From: Tubiluchus corallicola
Lineage: Eukaryota; Animalia; Priapulida
Length of the DNA stretch: 64,000 nucleotides
Direction: 5' to 3'
Assembly (NCBI GenBank): GCA_030141605.1
Contig: JAQGDQ010000405.1
Location: forward strand, 124,001 to 188,000
Part shown: in pieces, positions 37,301-50,000 of the stretch
Position numbering within the stretch: position 1 is the first letter of the stretch
Layout of the letters: every line of letters starts with the position of its first letter
The notes under the pieces: generated by a model
What the model saw: the letters and a program-made list of their open reading frames with translations, nothing else
Told to the model about the DNA's origin: nothing
Database searches by the model: none
Position numbers and translations under genes: made by a program

Positions 37301-40300
37301 ATTTGCTCATTGTCAACTTGGTGTTTTTAACTACTTCGACAGGTTGAATATTTTAGATTTACAACCACTCGAAGTCAGACGAATAATTTTTGATCTCAAG
37401 ATGGTTTATAAATGTACCATAAATGAGTAGATTTGCCATTTGATGAGTTCATTTGTTATGCTCCTACCCGAAATTTACGTGTTCACAATTACAAATTGTT
37501 CATCAAAGATTATTCTAGATTAGCTGTATGCAAATATCAGTTTGCAAATAGAATAGTCCCTATCTGGAATGATCTTAATTATGATGTGGTAAGTGCACCA
37601 AACATTGTTATTTTCCATAGTAGACTAACAAGCTGCAATTTTTTAAGCTACTGCCACTTTAATTGTTTTATGCAAGCTATGTTTTTTTTTTCGTTTAATA
37701 GTAACATTTTTATATATATTTTTTTTATATATATTTTATCAGCCTATGTATTTGTTTTATAACTGTGATTGTTAATGTATTGCAAATTACTTTCTTTTGT
37801 ATTATCTGACTAGTAGTACATCAAATGAAAAGTCTGCATTATACATACTGTTTGGTGAATGTTGACCTATGTTTGATTGACCCTTGACCTATAGGTCAGA
37901 GATCAAAAAGTGATAAGTTTCAATTATCAAGCACATCTTACTTAAGTACTTACTGCTAAATATTTTGAAAAACATTTTTTGTAAATACGAAACAAAGGCT
38001 GTGATTAAAACTTCTTCTGTCAACAGATGTAGAAACTTATTTTTTGTTCTAATACTGTAAAATAGCAATTGCTGCGACACCGTAAAAACTAAACTTTTTT
38101 TTTCTTTAAATAGGTGATTTGGTTGGATCAGCGCTCGGTCATTTTGGCCAGTATATCGGCGTTTTTTATCCAATGGCTTGCGGCGAACAAGCAATGATCA
38201 GCATGGGCCCAAATACCTACATCACCAAATATCTGAATGTAACGAAACAACTAACAAAAGATGTTTTGGACAAGGCTATTGACCAACTTGAAGAAAGTAA
38301 TGTCACTGAATTATTCCACACAATTAGTTATATTTTAGAGTTGCATGAACATATGCTTTTGCTGTTTCAAAACTTGGTTTGTTATTTCCTCTCTATCAAT
38401 TCAGTTCAGTTTTATTTGCACGAATACATACGATGTACATTGGCAAAGCAATATATTGCACATTAAATATGACAAGAAAAATTACAATAGGCCATGTTAT
38501 TTTTCTAGACCAATATTAAGGTATGGTATACTGATACAAAAATCACTGTTACATAAAAATTGTATAATTTGGCAATGAAAAAAGAAAAAAATGAAAAAGT
38601 AGAAGGTATACCAGCTTTTTAAATGAAAGATTATAAGAATAACATATTGAAAATTGAAAATAATTGTGGTTAGAGTCTGCTGCCAAAGTGCTGATTTCTT
38701 GTTCCCTGGGGATCGGAGTTGTTGCCAAAAGTTTCTTGCATTGACTCCATTGATGAATACATTTAAATTGTAACCAGAAAGCCTACAGAAAACCTATCAA
38801 TGTTTTTGCTTGGTTAAATAATTTTCATGAAAATTTATCCAATTTATGCTTTATATAAAAAGTTTTTTTAAAAACGACAATGAAAAACAGTTTTGTAATG
38901 CTGTGCTGTTGGTGCTTGCGCTATAGGTGTCGTCATCGTTGCCACCATAATCATCATCATCATCAACATCATGATCACCACGTGAGGTGGTGGATTTGAT
39001 GTGGTGTGGTGGTGGTGTGCTATGGATGGTGTGGTGGGGTGATAGGGTGTGTGGTGTGGGTAGTGTGGTATGGAGTGGGTGGCGTGGTGTGTGGGTGGGT
39101 GTTGTGGTGCAGTGCGGTGTGATGTGGTGGAGTATTATGGTGTGGGTGGTGTGGTGTGGTATGTGGGTGGTGCGGTGCAGTGGTATGGTGTGGTGCAGTG
39201 TGGTGTGATGTGGTGGAGTTGTATGGTGTGGGTGGTGTGGTGTGTGGGTGGTGCAGTGGTATGGTGTGGTGCAGTGTGGTGGAGTGGTATGGTGTGGGTG
39301 GTGTGGTGTGGTGTGTAGGTGGTATGGTGTGGTGTGGTGGTATTGTGTGGTGCAGTGTGGCGCGATGAGGTGGAGTGGCATGGTGTGGTGCAGTGTGGTG
39401 TGATGAGGTGGAGTGGTGTGGTGTGGGTTGTGTGTTGATTTGTGCACAAAATTCTTTTTGTGGGGTTTGGCTAGTTCTATTATATTAATATTCTTGGTAT
39501 CTTAATATATATATTTATTTATATATACGATTCGAGGCTACAGCCCGGACGAGGGCACCATTTGCGGCGATCTATATATCAAACGAAAGGTCTCGATCTA
39601 GTGTCGTCTCATTGGGGGTTTATTTTTCGAATCGGGCCTACCGGGAGGAACGGGAGGCGAAAAACCTCCAAAAATGGCCATTTTTCGGCCGTTTTTTGCA
39701 AAAGTTATACGGCTGAGATGTAGAGAACGGGAACGGGTCGAGGGTGGTGCTGGGCGTGGATAGATAGCCCGTATAGCGGTGGGTGTCATAGGCCTATTTA
39801 GAGTTCCCGAGAGGGCCACGGCGTCCCGCAACGGGCGTTTTCCCGGACCCAACTCGCGATTTTTTCGAAATTTTGACCAAACAGCCTGCGGAAAAAACGT
39901 TCTAGCGGCGCCTGGTGGGACTCTCGGAAGGAGATATATAGCTCTTTGCAAAGAGGAAGGACAGGGCTACACAATGATGTGGGTTATATTTTAGGGCAGG
40001 TCCACCGAGAGGAGTATCAATGAGTTAATTAGGAGTTCTATTTTCGGCAATTTTCGCTTAGAAAACTGCTGACGCAAAGCCATTGTTCTGACGTCATCCA
40101 TTATTGCTTATAGCTTTAATTCAGCAAAAAGCTGCTTTGCGTTAGATAAACAGACATACAGTAGCTGCCTGCTGGCTTTGCGTTAGGTAAGTAGGCAGGA
40201 TGTTACGGGCTTTGTGTTATAAATGAGGACTGTGTAGGATGTTCGCGTATTATTGATTACACGTGTATTTATACGCAAAATCTTTTGCGGGGCCTTTGCT

Positions 40301-41007
40301 ATTTATTATATTATAGCACATAGTTTCAACTTTGTGAAAAATGTTTGGAATGGTTTTGTTGTAATGCTGTGCTGTTGGTGCTTGTGCTATAGGTGTCGTC
40401 ATCATTGCCACCATCATCATCATCATCATCAACATCGTGATCACCACGTGAGGTGGTGGATTTGATGTGGTGTGGTGGTGGTGTGCTATGGATGGTGTGG
40501 TGGGGTGATAGGGTGTGTGGGGTGTGGTTTGGGTAGTGTGGTATGGAGTGGGTGGCGTGGTGTGTGGGTGGGTGTTGTGGTGCAGTGTGGTGTTATGGTG
40601 TGGTGCAGTGCAGTGTGATGTGGTGGAGTATTATGATGTGGGTGATGTGGTGTGTGGGTGGTGCGGTGTGGTGTGGTGCAGTGGTATGGTGTGGTGCAGT
40701 GTGGTGTGATGTGGTGGAGTCATATGGTGTGGGTGGTGTGGTGTGGTGTGTGGGTGGTGCAGTGGTATGGTGTGGTGTTATGGCGTGGTGCTGTGTGGTG
40801 TGATGTGGTGGAGTGGTATGGTGTGGGTGGTGTGGTGGTATTGTGTGGTGCAGTGTGGTGCGATGAGGTGGAGTGGTATGGTGTGGTGCAGTGTGGTGTG
40901 ATGAGGTGGAGTGGTGTGGTGTGGGTTGTGTGTTGATTTGTGCACAAAATTCTTTTTGTGGGGTTTGGCTAGTCTATTATATTAATATTCTTGGTATGGG
41001 CTTAATA

Positions 41008-41041
<34 letters not shown>

Positions 41042-44000
41042 AGATTCGAGGCTACAACTTCGACGACGGCATCATTTGCGGCTATCTATACATCAAACGA
41101 AAGGTCTCGATCTAGTGGCGTCTCATTGGGGGTTTATTTTTCGAATCGGGCCCACCAGGAGGAACGGGGGGGGGGGCAAAAAACCTCCAAAATGGCCATT
41201 TTTCAGCCGTTTTTTGCAAAAGTTATACGGCTGAGATGTGGAGAACGGGAATGGGCTATGGGTGTTGCTGACTATGGATAGATAGCCCGTTCAGCATTGG
41301 GTGTCATAGGCATATTTAGAATTCGCGAGAGGGCCACGGCGTCCCGCAACAGGCGTTTTCCCGGACCCAACTCTCGCTTTTTTCGAAATTTTACTCAAAC
41401 AGCATGCAGAAAAAACGTTCTAGCGGCACCTGGTGGGACTTTTGGAAGGAGATATACGGCTCATCAGAAAGATCAGAAAGAAGAAGAACGGGGCTACACG
41501 ATGGTGTGGGTTATATTTTAGGACAGATCCGCCGAGAGGAGTACCGACGAGTTAATAAGGTGTTCTATTTTCGGCAGTTTTCGCTTAGAAAACTGCTGAC
41601 GCATTCCATTGTTCTGACGTCATCCATTGTACTCTGTCTATAATCTTATAGCTTTAATTCAGCAAAAAGCTGCTACAGGCTTTGCGTTAGATAAACAGAC
41701 AAACAGTAGGCAGGATGTTACGGGCTTTGTGTTATAAATGGGGACTTGGTAGGATGTTCGCGTATTATTGATTATACGTGTGTTTATACGCAAAATTTTT
41801 TGCGGGGCCTTTGCTAGTCATATATATTAATTTCTGTGGTATGGGCTTAATATATATATATATATATATATGGAACCTTCAAAAATGGCAATTTTTCGGC
41901 AGTTTTTTGCAAAACTTATACCTCTTATTTCTGGAGAATGGCAATGGGCCGGGAGTGTTGCCGGCCATGGATAGTGTTCAACGATGGGTGTAGTAGGCAT
42001 ATCTAGATTTCACGGGACTGCCATGGTGTCCCGTAACGGGCGTTTTCCCAGACCCAACTCTCAATTTTTTTGAAATTTTGGCGAAAGATTTTGGCCTGAA
42101 TAGGGGCCAAAGTCGGTGTTTTGATTTTTTTACAGCTCCTCTTAGAGCTTTCAACTAAATTTAATTTTTTCACGTGTATTTAGGTATTATGGGCTAGATA
42201 TGCTATTTTGTGCATAGATATGAGGCAAAATATGAAAATCGGGGCAATTGGCTTTATTACTCAACTCCTCTGGCAGGATTGGACTAGGATCTAGTGTTTA
42301 CGTGGATGACCCAGTATGTGTACGTCTGCATTAAGTAGTTTTCAAATAATGTGCCCGACCAAGTCACGTGACATGAACAAAAGTATCAAAATGGATCAAT
42401 AGCTAAAAAATATACAAAACTTAGAATAATAATTGTCTAATTAAACATTTGAGATAGAGACTTAAGTAATGTGGTTTGGAGACCGTGACTTTTGGTCAAA
42501 GGGCATGTGCAATAGACAGCATACAAGTATATACATTGCGAGTATACAAGTTACAGCTAACAAACACATCATGGGTAGTCGTAGTGTGCAAGAAACACCA
42601 ATATTCTGACCTTTGATCTCTGTTAGCAGAGATGGAAGAAGCTTCACTTTCTAATGCTATCAGAACCAACAGCCAATTAGTTTTTTTTGTCACTTTTAAT
42701 CATTCTATTCATATCAGCAAATCTCTACTTATTAGTATCATTTTTTCCTTTAGTTTATGCGAAAGAATTAACGTTTCAAAGATTTGATAAGTCGTTTAGC
42801 GCCTTCGGCAATCAAGATGCCCATGGCAGTGTCTGGTAAGTAGTTTACAACCAAACTTGGCACATTCTGAAATGAGTTATTTTTTCGGTAGTCAATTTAG
42901 CTTTCATGTCAGATTTTGCTGTTTTGTAATTGAAACTTCCTGATTTCTCTGTTATTTATTTGCATTTATCTTTTGCCTTGTTTTGTTTTTCTTAGGTTGA
43001 CTGCATTTGTAGTAAAAGTTTTTTGTCAAGCAAGAGCTATCATTTTCATAGATGATAAGGTTATTTCAGATGGTATAAAGTGGATGTTGGATCACCAGGA
43101 TGATATTGGCCGTTTCCCTGAAAAAGGGCATGTTTATCACTACTTGGTGCAGGTTTGTAAGTTGTTACCTTGCATCAAATTGTTCCAAAATAGGCGATTG
43201 TTCCAAAATAGTTCTTGCTGCAGTCGCTTCTTCCATCTTTCTTGTTGCAGTAATCTTGTTGCTAAGTTTCCCATAAAATGCAATGTCATTTCCCAAACTT
43301 ACCCATTATAGAATTCTGTTTGAAACCAGATTGTTCAAAAACCAAATCAGTTTTCCCCATAAGAAATAATTTAAATCGCACATATTAATTTTGGTGGTAT
43401 GTTTTATATATATATATGTACATATAAAAGATTCGAGGCTGCAGCTCTGACGACGGCACCATTTGTGGTCGAACGAAAGGTGTTGATCTAGTGTCTTATC
43501 ATTGGGAGTTTATTTTTTGAATCGGGTGCACTGAGATGAAAAGGGGGCAAAAACCCATCGAGAGTCGGATCTAGTGGCATCTGGTGGTGGGACTCTAGGA
43601 GATATATAGCTCTATATATACAGAGCTATATATATATATATATATATATACATACACACGCCATGGTCTCTTGGCTATTCAGTCATTTAAAATGTGAAAA
43701 TTAAAATTCTGCTCAAGAAAGAAAAAACATTAGAACATCTTAGTACCCTTTTGGAGTAAAATCATCAATTTTTTTAAATGTGTGCTTTTTTTGTTAGGGT
43801 TTAATTTACCGAGATGTAGACACAACTCAAGGTGCGACATTAACAGCCTATGTTACAATTGCCTTGAATGAATGTTTAAAGACCACAGTAGTATTTGACC
43901 CTGAAGACTACGAGGTACAAAATTGGCTTATCTAATTTACGTACGTGTTGTTTCTGAATAAGGGGGCTCACAGATACCTAAAAACCACCTTTGATGTAGC

Positions 44001-47000
44001 ATGTGGCTAAATGTCTGAGCTGATTATTTATGTTAATTTTATAACTGGAAAAATATTCCATTCATACATGGGTTGTATGAGTAATAAACAAGAGAGATCT
44101 AAGATACTACTTGATGGCATGTAACAACAAATTTAATAGGATTTCCAATATTCAAAAATAAACAACTGGGAACATTAATATGCAAAATTGGAAAAACTCT
44201 TCTGAATGTTGGCAGCTACCCGAATTCTGTTAAACTTTCACTACCTTTAAGTCACATTGACATTCTCAACTTAATGTTTGCATGACAGTCTCTGCGAAAC
44301 TTTTATAGACATTTTTGTAAAATGCTATTAAATATTTCTTTCCAGCATACCAACTCTTTGTTAGCTTTGTAACTATTGTGGTCCAAACTGAAAAAGTACT
44401 TGTTTACTTTAGTGTGCTGCAGTGCTTTTAACTAGATAACTTTTTGATATTGAGCAATTATTAGATCGTTTATTTGGTTTTTTAAAGCAGAATTAGCTGC
44501 AAGCCAGCTGATATACAAACCTATCATAATTGTGCTGGAAAGTTAATGATTAAGTAGAAAAACTAACTATTACTAGTATAGTAGTGCTGAAAGTCATGCT
44601 AAATGTTTGTACATTAAATGAGCTTTTTAATAGCAATCATTTACTAAGAAATGCTTATTAGATGGCTTAAAAGTATTTTAGTTGTGCACAATTCAGCTTA
44701 TAATATGAAATGCAAAAATAGACCTTAGGCAATGCATTTTTGCACATTTGCAGAAAGATTATACATAGGTCACGTACAATTGCGAGATCTGTCTTCTTGC
44801 ACAGATTTCTGGTACTAAATTGTTGGGCAAATGGATAAATGGAACATGATATTTTTACAGCAGCAGCAACAATCTGGAAATGGTGAGCAACAGTCTGGAA
44901 ATGGTCAGCAAGAATCTGGAAAGGGTGAGCAACAGTCTGGAAATGGTCAGCAAGAATCTGGAAATGGTCAACAACAGTCTGGAAATGGTCAGCAAGAGGG
45001 CCAATATGGAACACAGCAGAGTACCAGGAGTAGGATAGTGGGTGCAATTTCGCTTGCACGGCAATATTTGGAATCCCAATTAGACAATTTTGCTGATGAT
45101 CCATATGCGCTAGCTGTCACTGCTTATGCCCTTTCACTGTCAGGAAGCGACAAAACAACTCAAGCTCTAAATTATCTACAACAACTTGCCAATACTCAAG
45201 GTATGCTTTTGAAGTTATTGTTTCCTCTTTATGACAGCCATGTTTATTTTGGGGAATAAAAAAGATTTATTTATAATTTTCCTATGAATGAAAATGTCTC
45301 TTTATACATTGGATGGGTTAATTTATCTTGTTTCATGGAGAAATTCCTTGCTTAAGAATTTTGTCCAATTAACAACGATTATTAAATTTTTGTTCACTGT
45401 AGCCTGATGAAACATGTTGTTATAGTATTCAAAATATTTAAAATCAGGTGTTGTACAGCAAAAACCAGATGGTCAGCAACAGACAGAGGGGCAACAACAA
45501 CAAGGGCAGTTTGATCAACAGCTTGGTATGAACTTTAAATGTTTAATATTATTCAGTTCTACAGTGAGCATATATTGTAAGCAAATATATTTGGATGTAA
45601 TAGTGTATGTTTTTGTAATTGATTTTCAAACTTCAGGCTGTAATACATAATGAATTCATATAATATTATATATTTGCCTGCTTTATAAAGAGTGCATATG
45701 CTTGGAGTGCTTGGGAACGTTGCTATAAAGCCCAGATGTGATAATTTGAAGGCACATTTGTAATAAAGTTACTTACTGTAATGAACTAAATTTTAAGAGC
45801 GCCGCTAAGTTATACTTTATTAAGTCTTGAATATCACGAAATGCGAACATATAACCCATAAATTTTTCATCCGATGCTACTCAATGAACTTCTTCAGGAA
45901 AATAAACTAATTTTTTAACTTAGTTACTAGTGGCAAAACATTGTGTTCCTCGCACCAATTTCACTCACATTTTTCTACTCGCTTAAGTATATGGATGCTT
46001 GCTTAATACAGCTCCCTTATATCTTAAATGTTATGTATTAAAATGTTTAGGCTCAATGAGATTCTGGATAAAAGCTCACCCTGAGGGTTGGGGTCAGTAT
46101 CAATCTGTGGATGTAGAAATGACAGCTTATGTGCTGCTAACTTACGTACAACAAAATGATCTTGATAATTCACTTCCTATTGTGCGGTGGTTAATTCAGC
46201 AACAATCCAGTCTTGGCGGCTTTGTTTCTACTCAGGTAATTCTTGTATTGAGTATGTTTTCTGATGTTTAACATTCGATTTTTGCTCAAGGGTTATATGT
46301 AAGAACCTATCCAAACTACTTATATAACTTTATTGAAATTTTAAGTATATTGCTTTAATTTTTAAATTTATAGTTTTTCGATTAACAGATCTAAAAAAAT
46401 TTAAACAATGTCAGAGAATTTAGCCTAAAATTCACTAAACTTGTGTTAATGTTTGTGATCAGTAATACGACTTGAGCACTGGATAACAGTTTCTATGCTT
46501 GCTGTTGTGTGTCTTTAGTTTTACGGTTATACCTGAACTGCAGAAGCACTACTATTGTTAAGCCAATCCTCATGGTGAATGAAAAAGAAATGTCAAACTA
46601 AAGGTGTTTCGACTTGTTTTCAAGTAATCCGTGTTTTTCTCTGCTGCTTTTCTCTGAAGGCAAAAAACAAAATTTCACCCAAGGTTTTGCACAACGAATG
46701 TAAATTAAAAGAAATTTCTAGAAAATTAACATTAAAAAGCCATTATGACATCTATTCCAGGGTAGTTGGACCCATATAACTCAATTCTGTAATTTTCATT
46801 TCAAAAATAACAACGTATTATTCAAAATGGCGCTATAGACTAGAAGATAATTGTGAAAAAGGTGTTTCTATAAAGTTCTAGGGGGATTTTTTTCTAAAAG
46901 TGGGCAAGATGGCCAGTTTTTCAATGTGACCATGCTGAATCCTGGCATATAGTTCAGCAGAATCGTGAAAAATTGCTCATTGTCTAAAAGTTATGAAATG

Positions 47001-50000
47001 TAGCACAGTGCTAGAACCCGCCAAGGTAATTAATTTTGGATAAAAAATGCTCCAATATGGGCACAATTTTCAAGATGATCAATAAGATGGCTTGCTAAAA
47101 TATGTAGGATATATGCTAACTATTACAACAGATAAGATGTTGACTTTGGTGTCTAAATATAGGGTGAAGCAAGTTCTAGCAACAGCTTTAAAAAACCTAA
47201 CAACACTCTTCCATCTTCTAGGCCATTTTGAAATGGCAGCAATATTGGATGATTTTCGTTTGGCTTCATATCCAAAATAATCACATGGATGAGTTTTAGC
47301 TTTGTGCAAAGTATTTTAACTTTTAGGTGAAGTGAGCAGGTTTTTTTCACTATTCTACAAGGGAATCTATTATTTTGGGATTCAGGTCAGTTTCAAGGTG
47401 GCTGCCAAGATGGCTGCAGTAAATGTAGATCTTCAAGGTCAAGGAATCCACCTCTGGCACTAGTGCAGTGATCAGTGCCTGCCTGATATACCACTCCTCT
47501 CGTGTGCCGAACGGAGTTGTCACCAAAAAACCTTTCCTTTCTAGTGAACAAGCCTTACATGCTTTGCAAACTGACGGTGCAGGAATACAACAAAATGTTC
47601 CATCACAGACATGAGTTCAGTCAGTGGTTCTGCTGTAGTAGTGTTTCTTAAAAATACAAGTGTTAAATGCTTCTGTTATGTAGGCCAAACCATCTTTTTT
47701 TCTGTAAAAACTGAAGTCTGGCTGCAAACAGTATTAAGGTGGACTACTTAACAGAACTAGCTTTTTTCAGAATGAATGGCATTCACATTTTCGTATGGTG
47801 TAATATATGGTTTTTGTAAGCTAACAACATTGAAATCCTGACTACGATGATGTTATGGGTGTTTCTAGACATCAGAAATTGAAAACCTAACCTATATTTT
47901 GACACCTAAGTTGTGATATTAACTGCACCAACAGTTAGGATATGGCTTTCCAAATTAGCAATTACAGGCATCGATCTTGTTAACCATTTTGAAAATGGCA
48001 GCCATATTGTACAGTGTTCGATTGGCCTGATATCTAAAATTAATCACCTTGATTGATTTTAACATTGTGCAAAGCTTTGTAATTTAAACGAAAAGACTAG
48101 ATTTTTCGCCATTTTTCCCCTTGGCCATTTTGTTTTTGACTTATTAGGCTGTTTGAATTTCTTTGCATTATTCTGGGGCTAGTAGCAGCTTTTTGGATTC
48201 AAGAATATTCAGTTTATTGTTATTTGTTTGTATAATGAATCTTATAATGAAATGGTTAATGTAACTGCACGTTCGGCATTATTTCATTATCGCCTGGCAG
48301 ACATTTTGAAAACGGTAGTAATTTTTTGGATCCAACTACCCTAGAATACAGGCCACTTGGCTTTTTAATGTTAATTTTCTGTTAATGTAAATTTCTATTG
48401 ATGTTTTGTGCAAAACTTGGCAGCCAATTTTTTTTACATTTTTAACCCCATTCCGCTAATTTTATAAGCTGGCAACAGTGTTTTTCGAATTCAGCATAGT
48501 CAAATTGATAAAACTGGCCATGTTGGCTACTTTTGGAAAAAACTCTCTGAGATTCTACTTTTCTGAAAACGGCACTAGACTATATAATGTTGTGTCTCAC
48601 TGATGACCAATTGGGACCACCGGGAGAAACAGGGAACGAAAAGCCTTGAGAAATGGTGCTTTTGCTCGCTTTTTTGCAAAAAAACTTAAACTATACTTAT
48701 TTTAATGCCTATAATGGTTGTATGGCCCCATTTAATGGTACATCATAGGCATATTTAGAATTCGTGGGAAAGCTGCAACAGATGTTTTCCTGAACCCAGG
48801 TAGCTCATTTTTTCGGAAATTTTGACAGAATGCCGTGTAGGAAAAATGTTCTAGTGGCGCCTGGTGAGGAAGATTTATTTCTTTTGAAAGAAAAGGGACT
48901 AGGTTACATGCCCATGTGGGTCACTTTTTAGTACGCCTCTGCCAGGAAAATTGTCTACAAGTTGACTGGACTTTCAACTGCAGGTGATTCCCACCTGAAT
49001 AGCCTTTATTGCGACATCATTCCATTATACACGGCCCATAACTCTGCTTCAGCAAAAGCAGTTGGCTTTGCGTTAATGGTAATATGTAACAGACAGTTTT
49101 AAAGTGCAAGGATACTAAACAAACACTGTGTACAATGTCTGCGCATTATTGATATTTATGATCCGGGCGTTGGCTAGTTAAATGATCATGCAGAATTAGA
49201 AAATACAGACAAAAACATCTTGTGGTGGAGCATGCTTACAGACTCAACACAGAGTTTAGTTTCATATGAGAGACAGGACAAAATAATATCAACAGGAGAC
49301 AAAATGTGCACTATTGCGTTATTCTAGTCATTTAGTGTGTGTGTCATGCAGTGCAACAGAAGTTAATTGGCAAACTAAAATTTGACCTGCTGGCTATATT
49401 TGGCAATGAATGCCCTTGTACTAAATTACTAAGGTGTTTTTAATAGTATTTTGTTAATTTTCTTTTACATAATATTGTATGTCTATTGCATTTTACATAC
49501 TGACATTCTTTACCAAAGGAAGGTCTACGTGATGGCTAAAGAACTATTAGAAGTTAATCTTAAGTAGTAGAATTTCCTTATACCTGTCATTTTGGATAGT
49601 AAGAGCAATGCAAGGAAATTTTAGCAAAGTGTCTGAATAGCACAAAGAAAATATTTAATTTGGTAATAGTTAATTGTTGGCATAATACTGGAGACTTTGG
49701 GCTTTTTTCTTGGATTTAACAGTAAGATTGTAGTCATCATTTCACATTGGCTTGTCAGTCTATTTTCTTGTCTTATCATAATAGCACTACTCAGAGTAAT
49801 AATTAATGTTACTACTGCTGTTGATTCAGTCTTGTATTTACTGTTGTTCTGCAAAATAATTTTTTCCAGGATTCAGTAGTTGGTTTGCAAAGTCTGTCAG
49901 AATATTCTATAATGATTTCGAAAGGAGCAGCAGGTGGTCAAGAGGGCGGGGGACAGATTGATGAATATGAAGTTCAGAAACCAGTGGATCCAGATTATGA

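Noticed and set aside
38851-41115. Many His/Thr/Pro-rich or Trp/Cys/Val/Gly-rich ORFs (also 17876-18160)
   Set aside because: Translations of the (TGGTG)n/(CACCA)n minisatellite in Helitron B, open in several frames on both strands, with no splice or domain support.
46670-48560. Apparent large inverted-repeat (foldback) element
   Set aside because: Inverted matches exist (46700-46775 vs 48325-48400; 46890-46940 vs 48485-48540), but their order does not fit a single TIR pair and no termini or TSD were found. Probably scrambled fragments of one repeat family.
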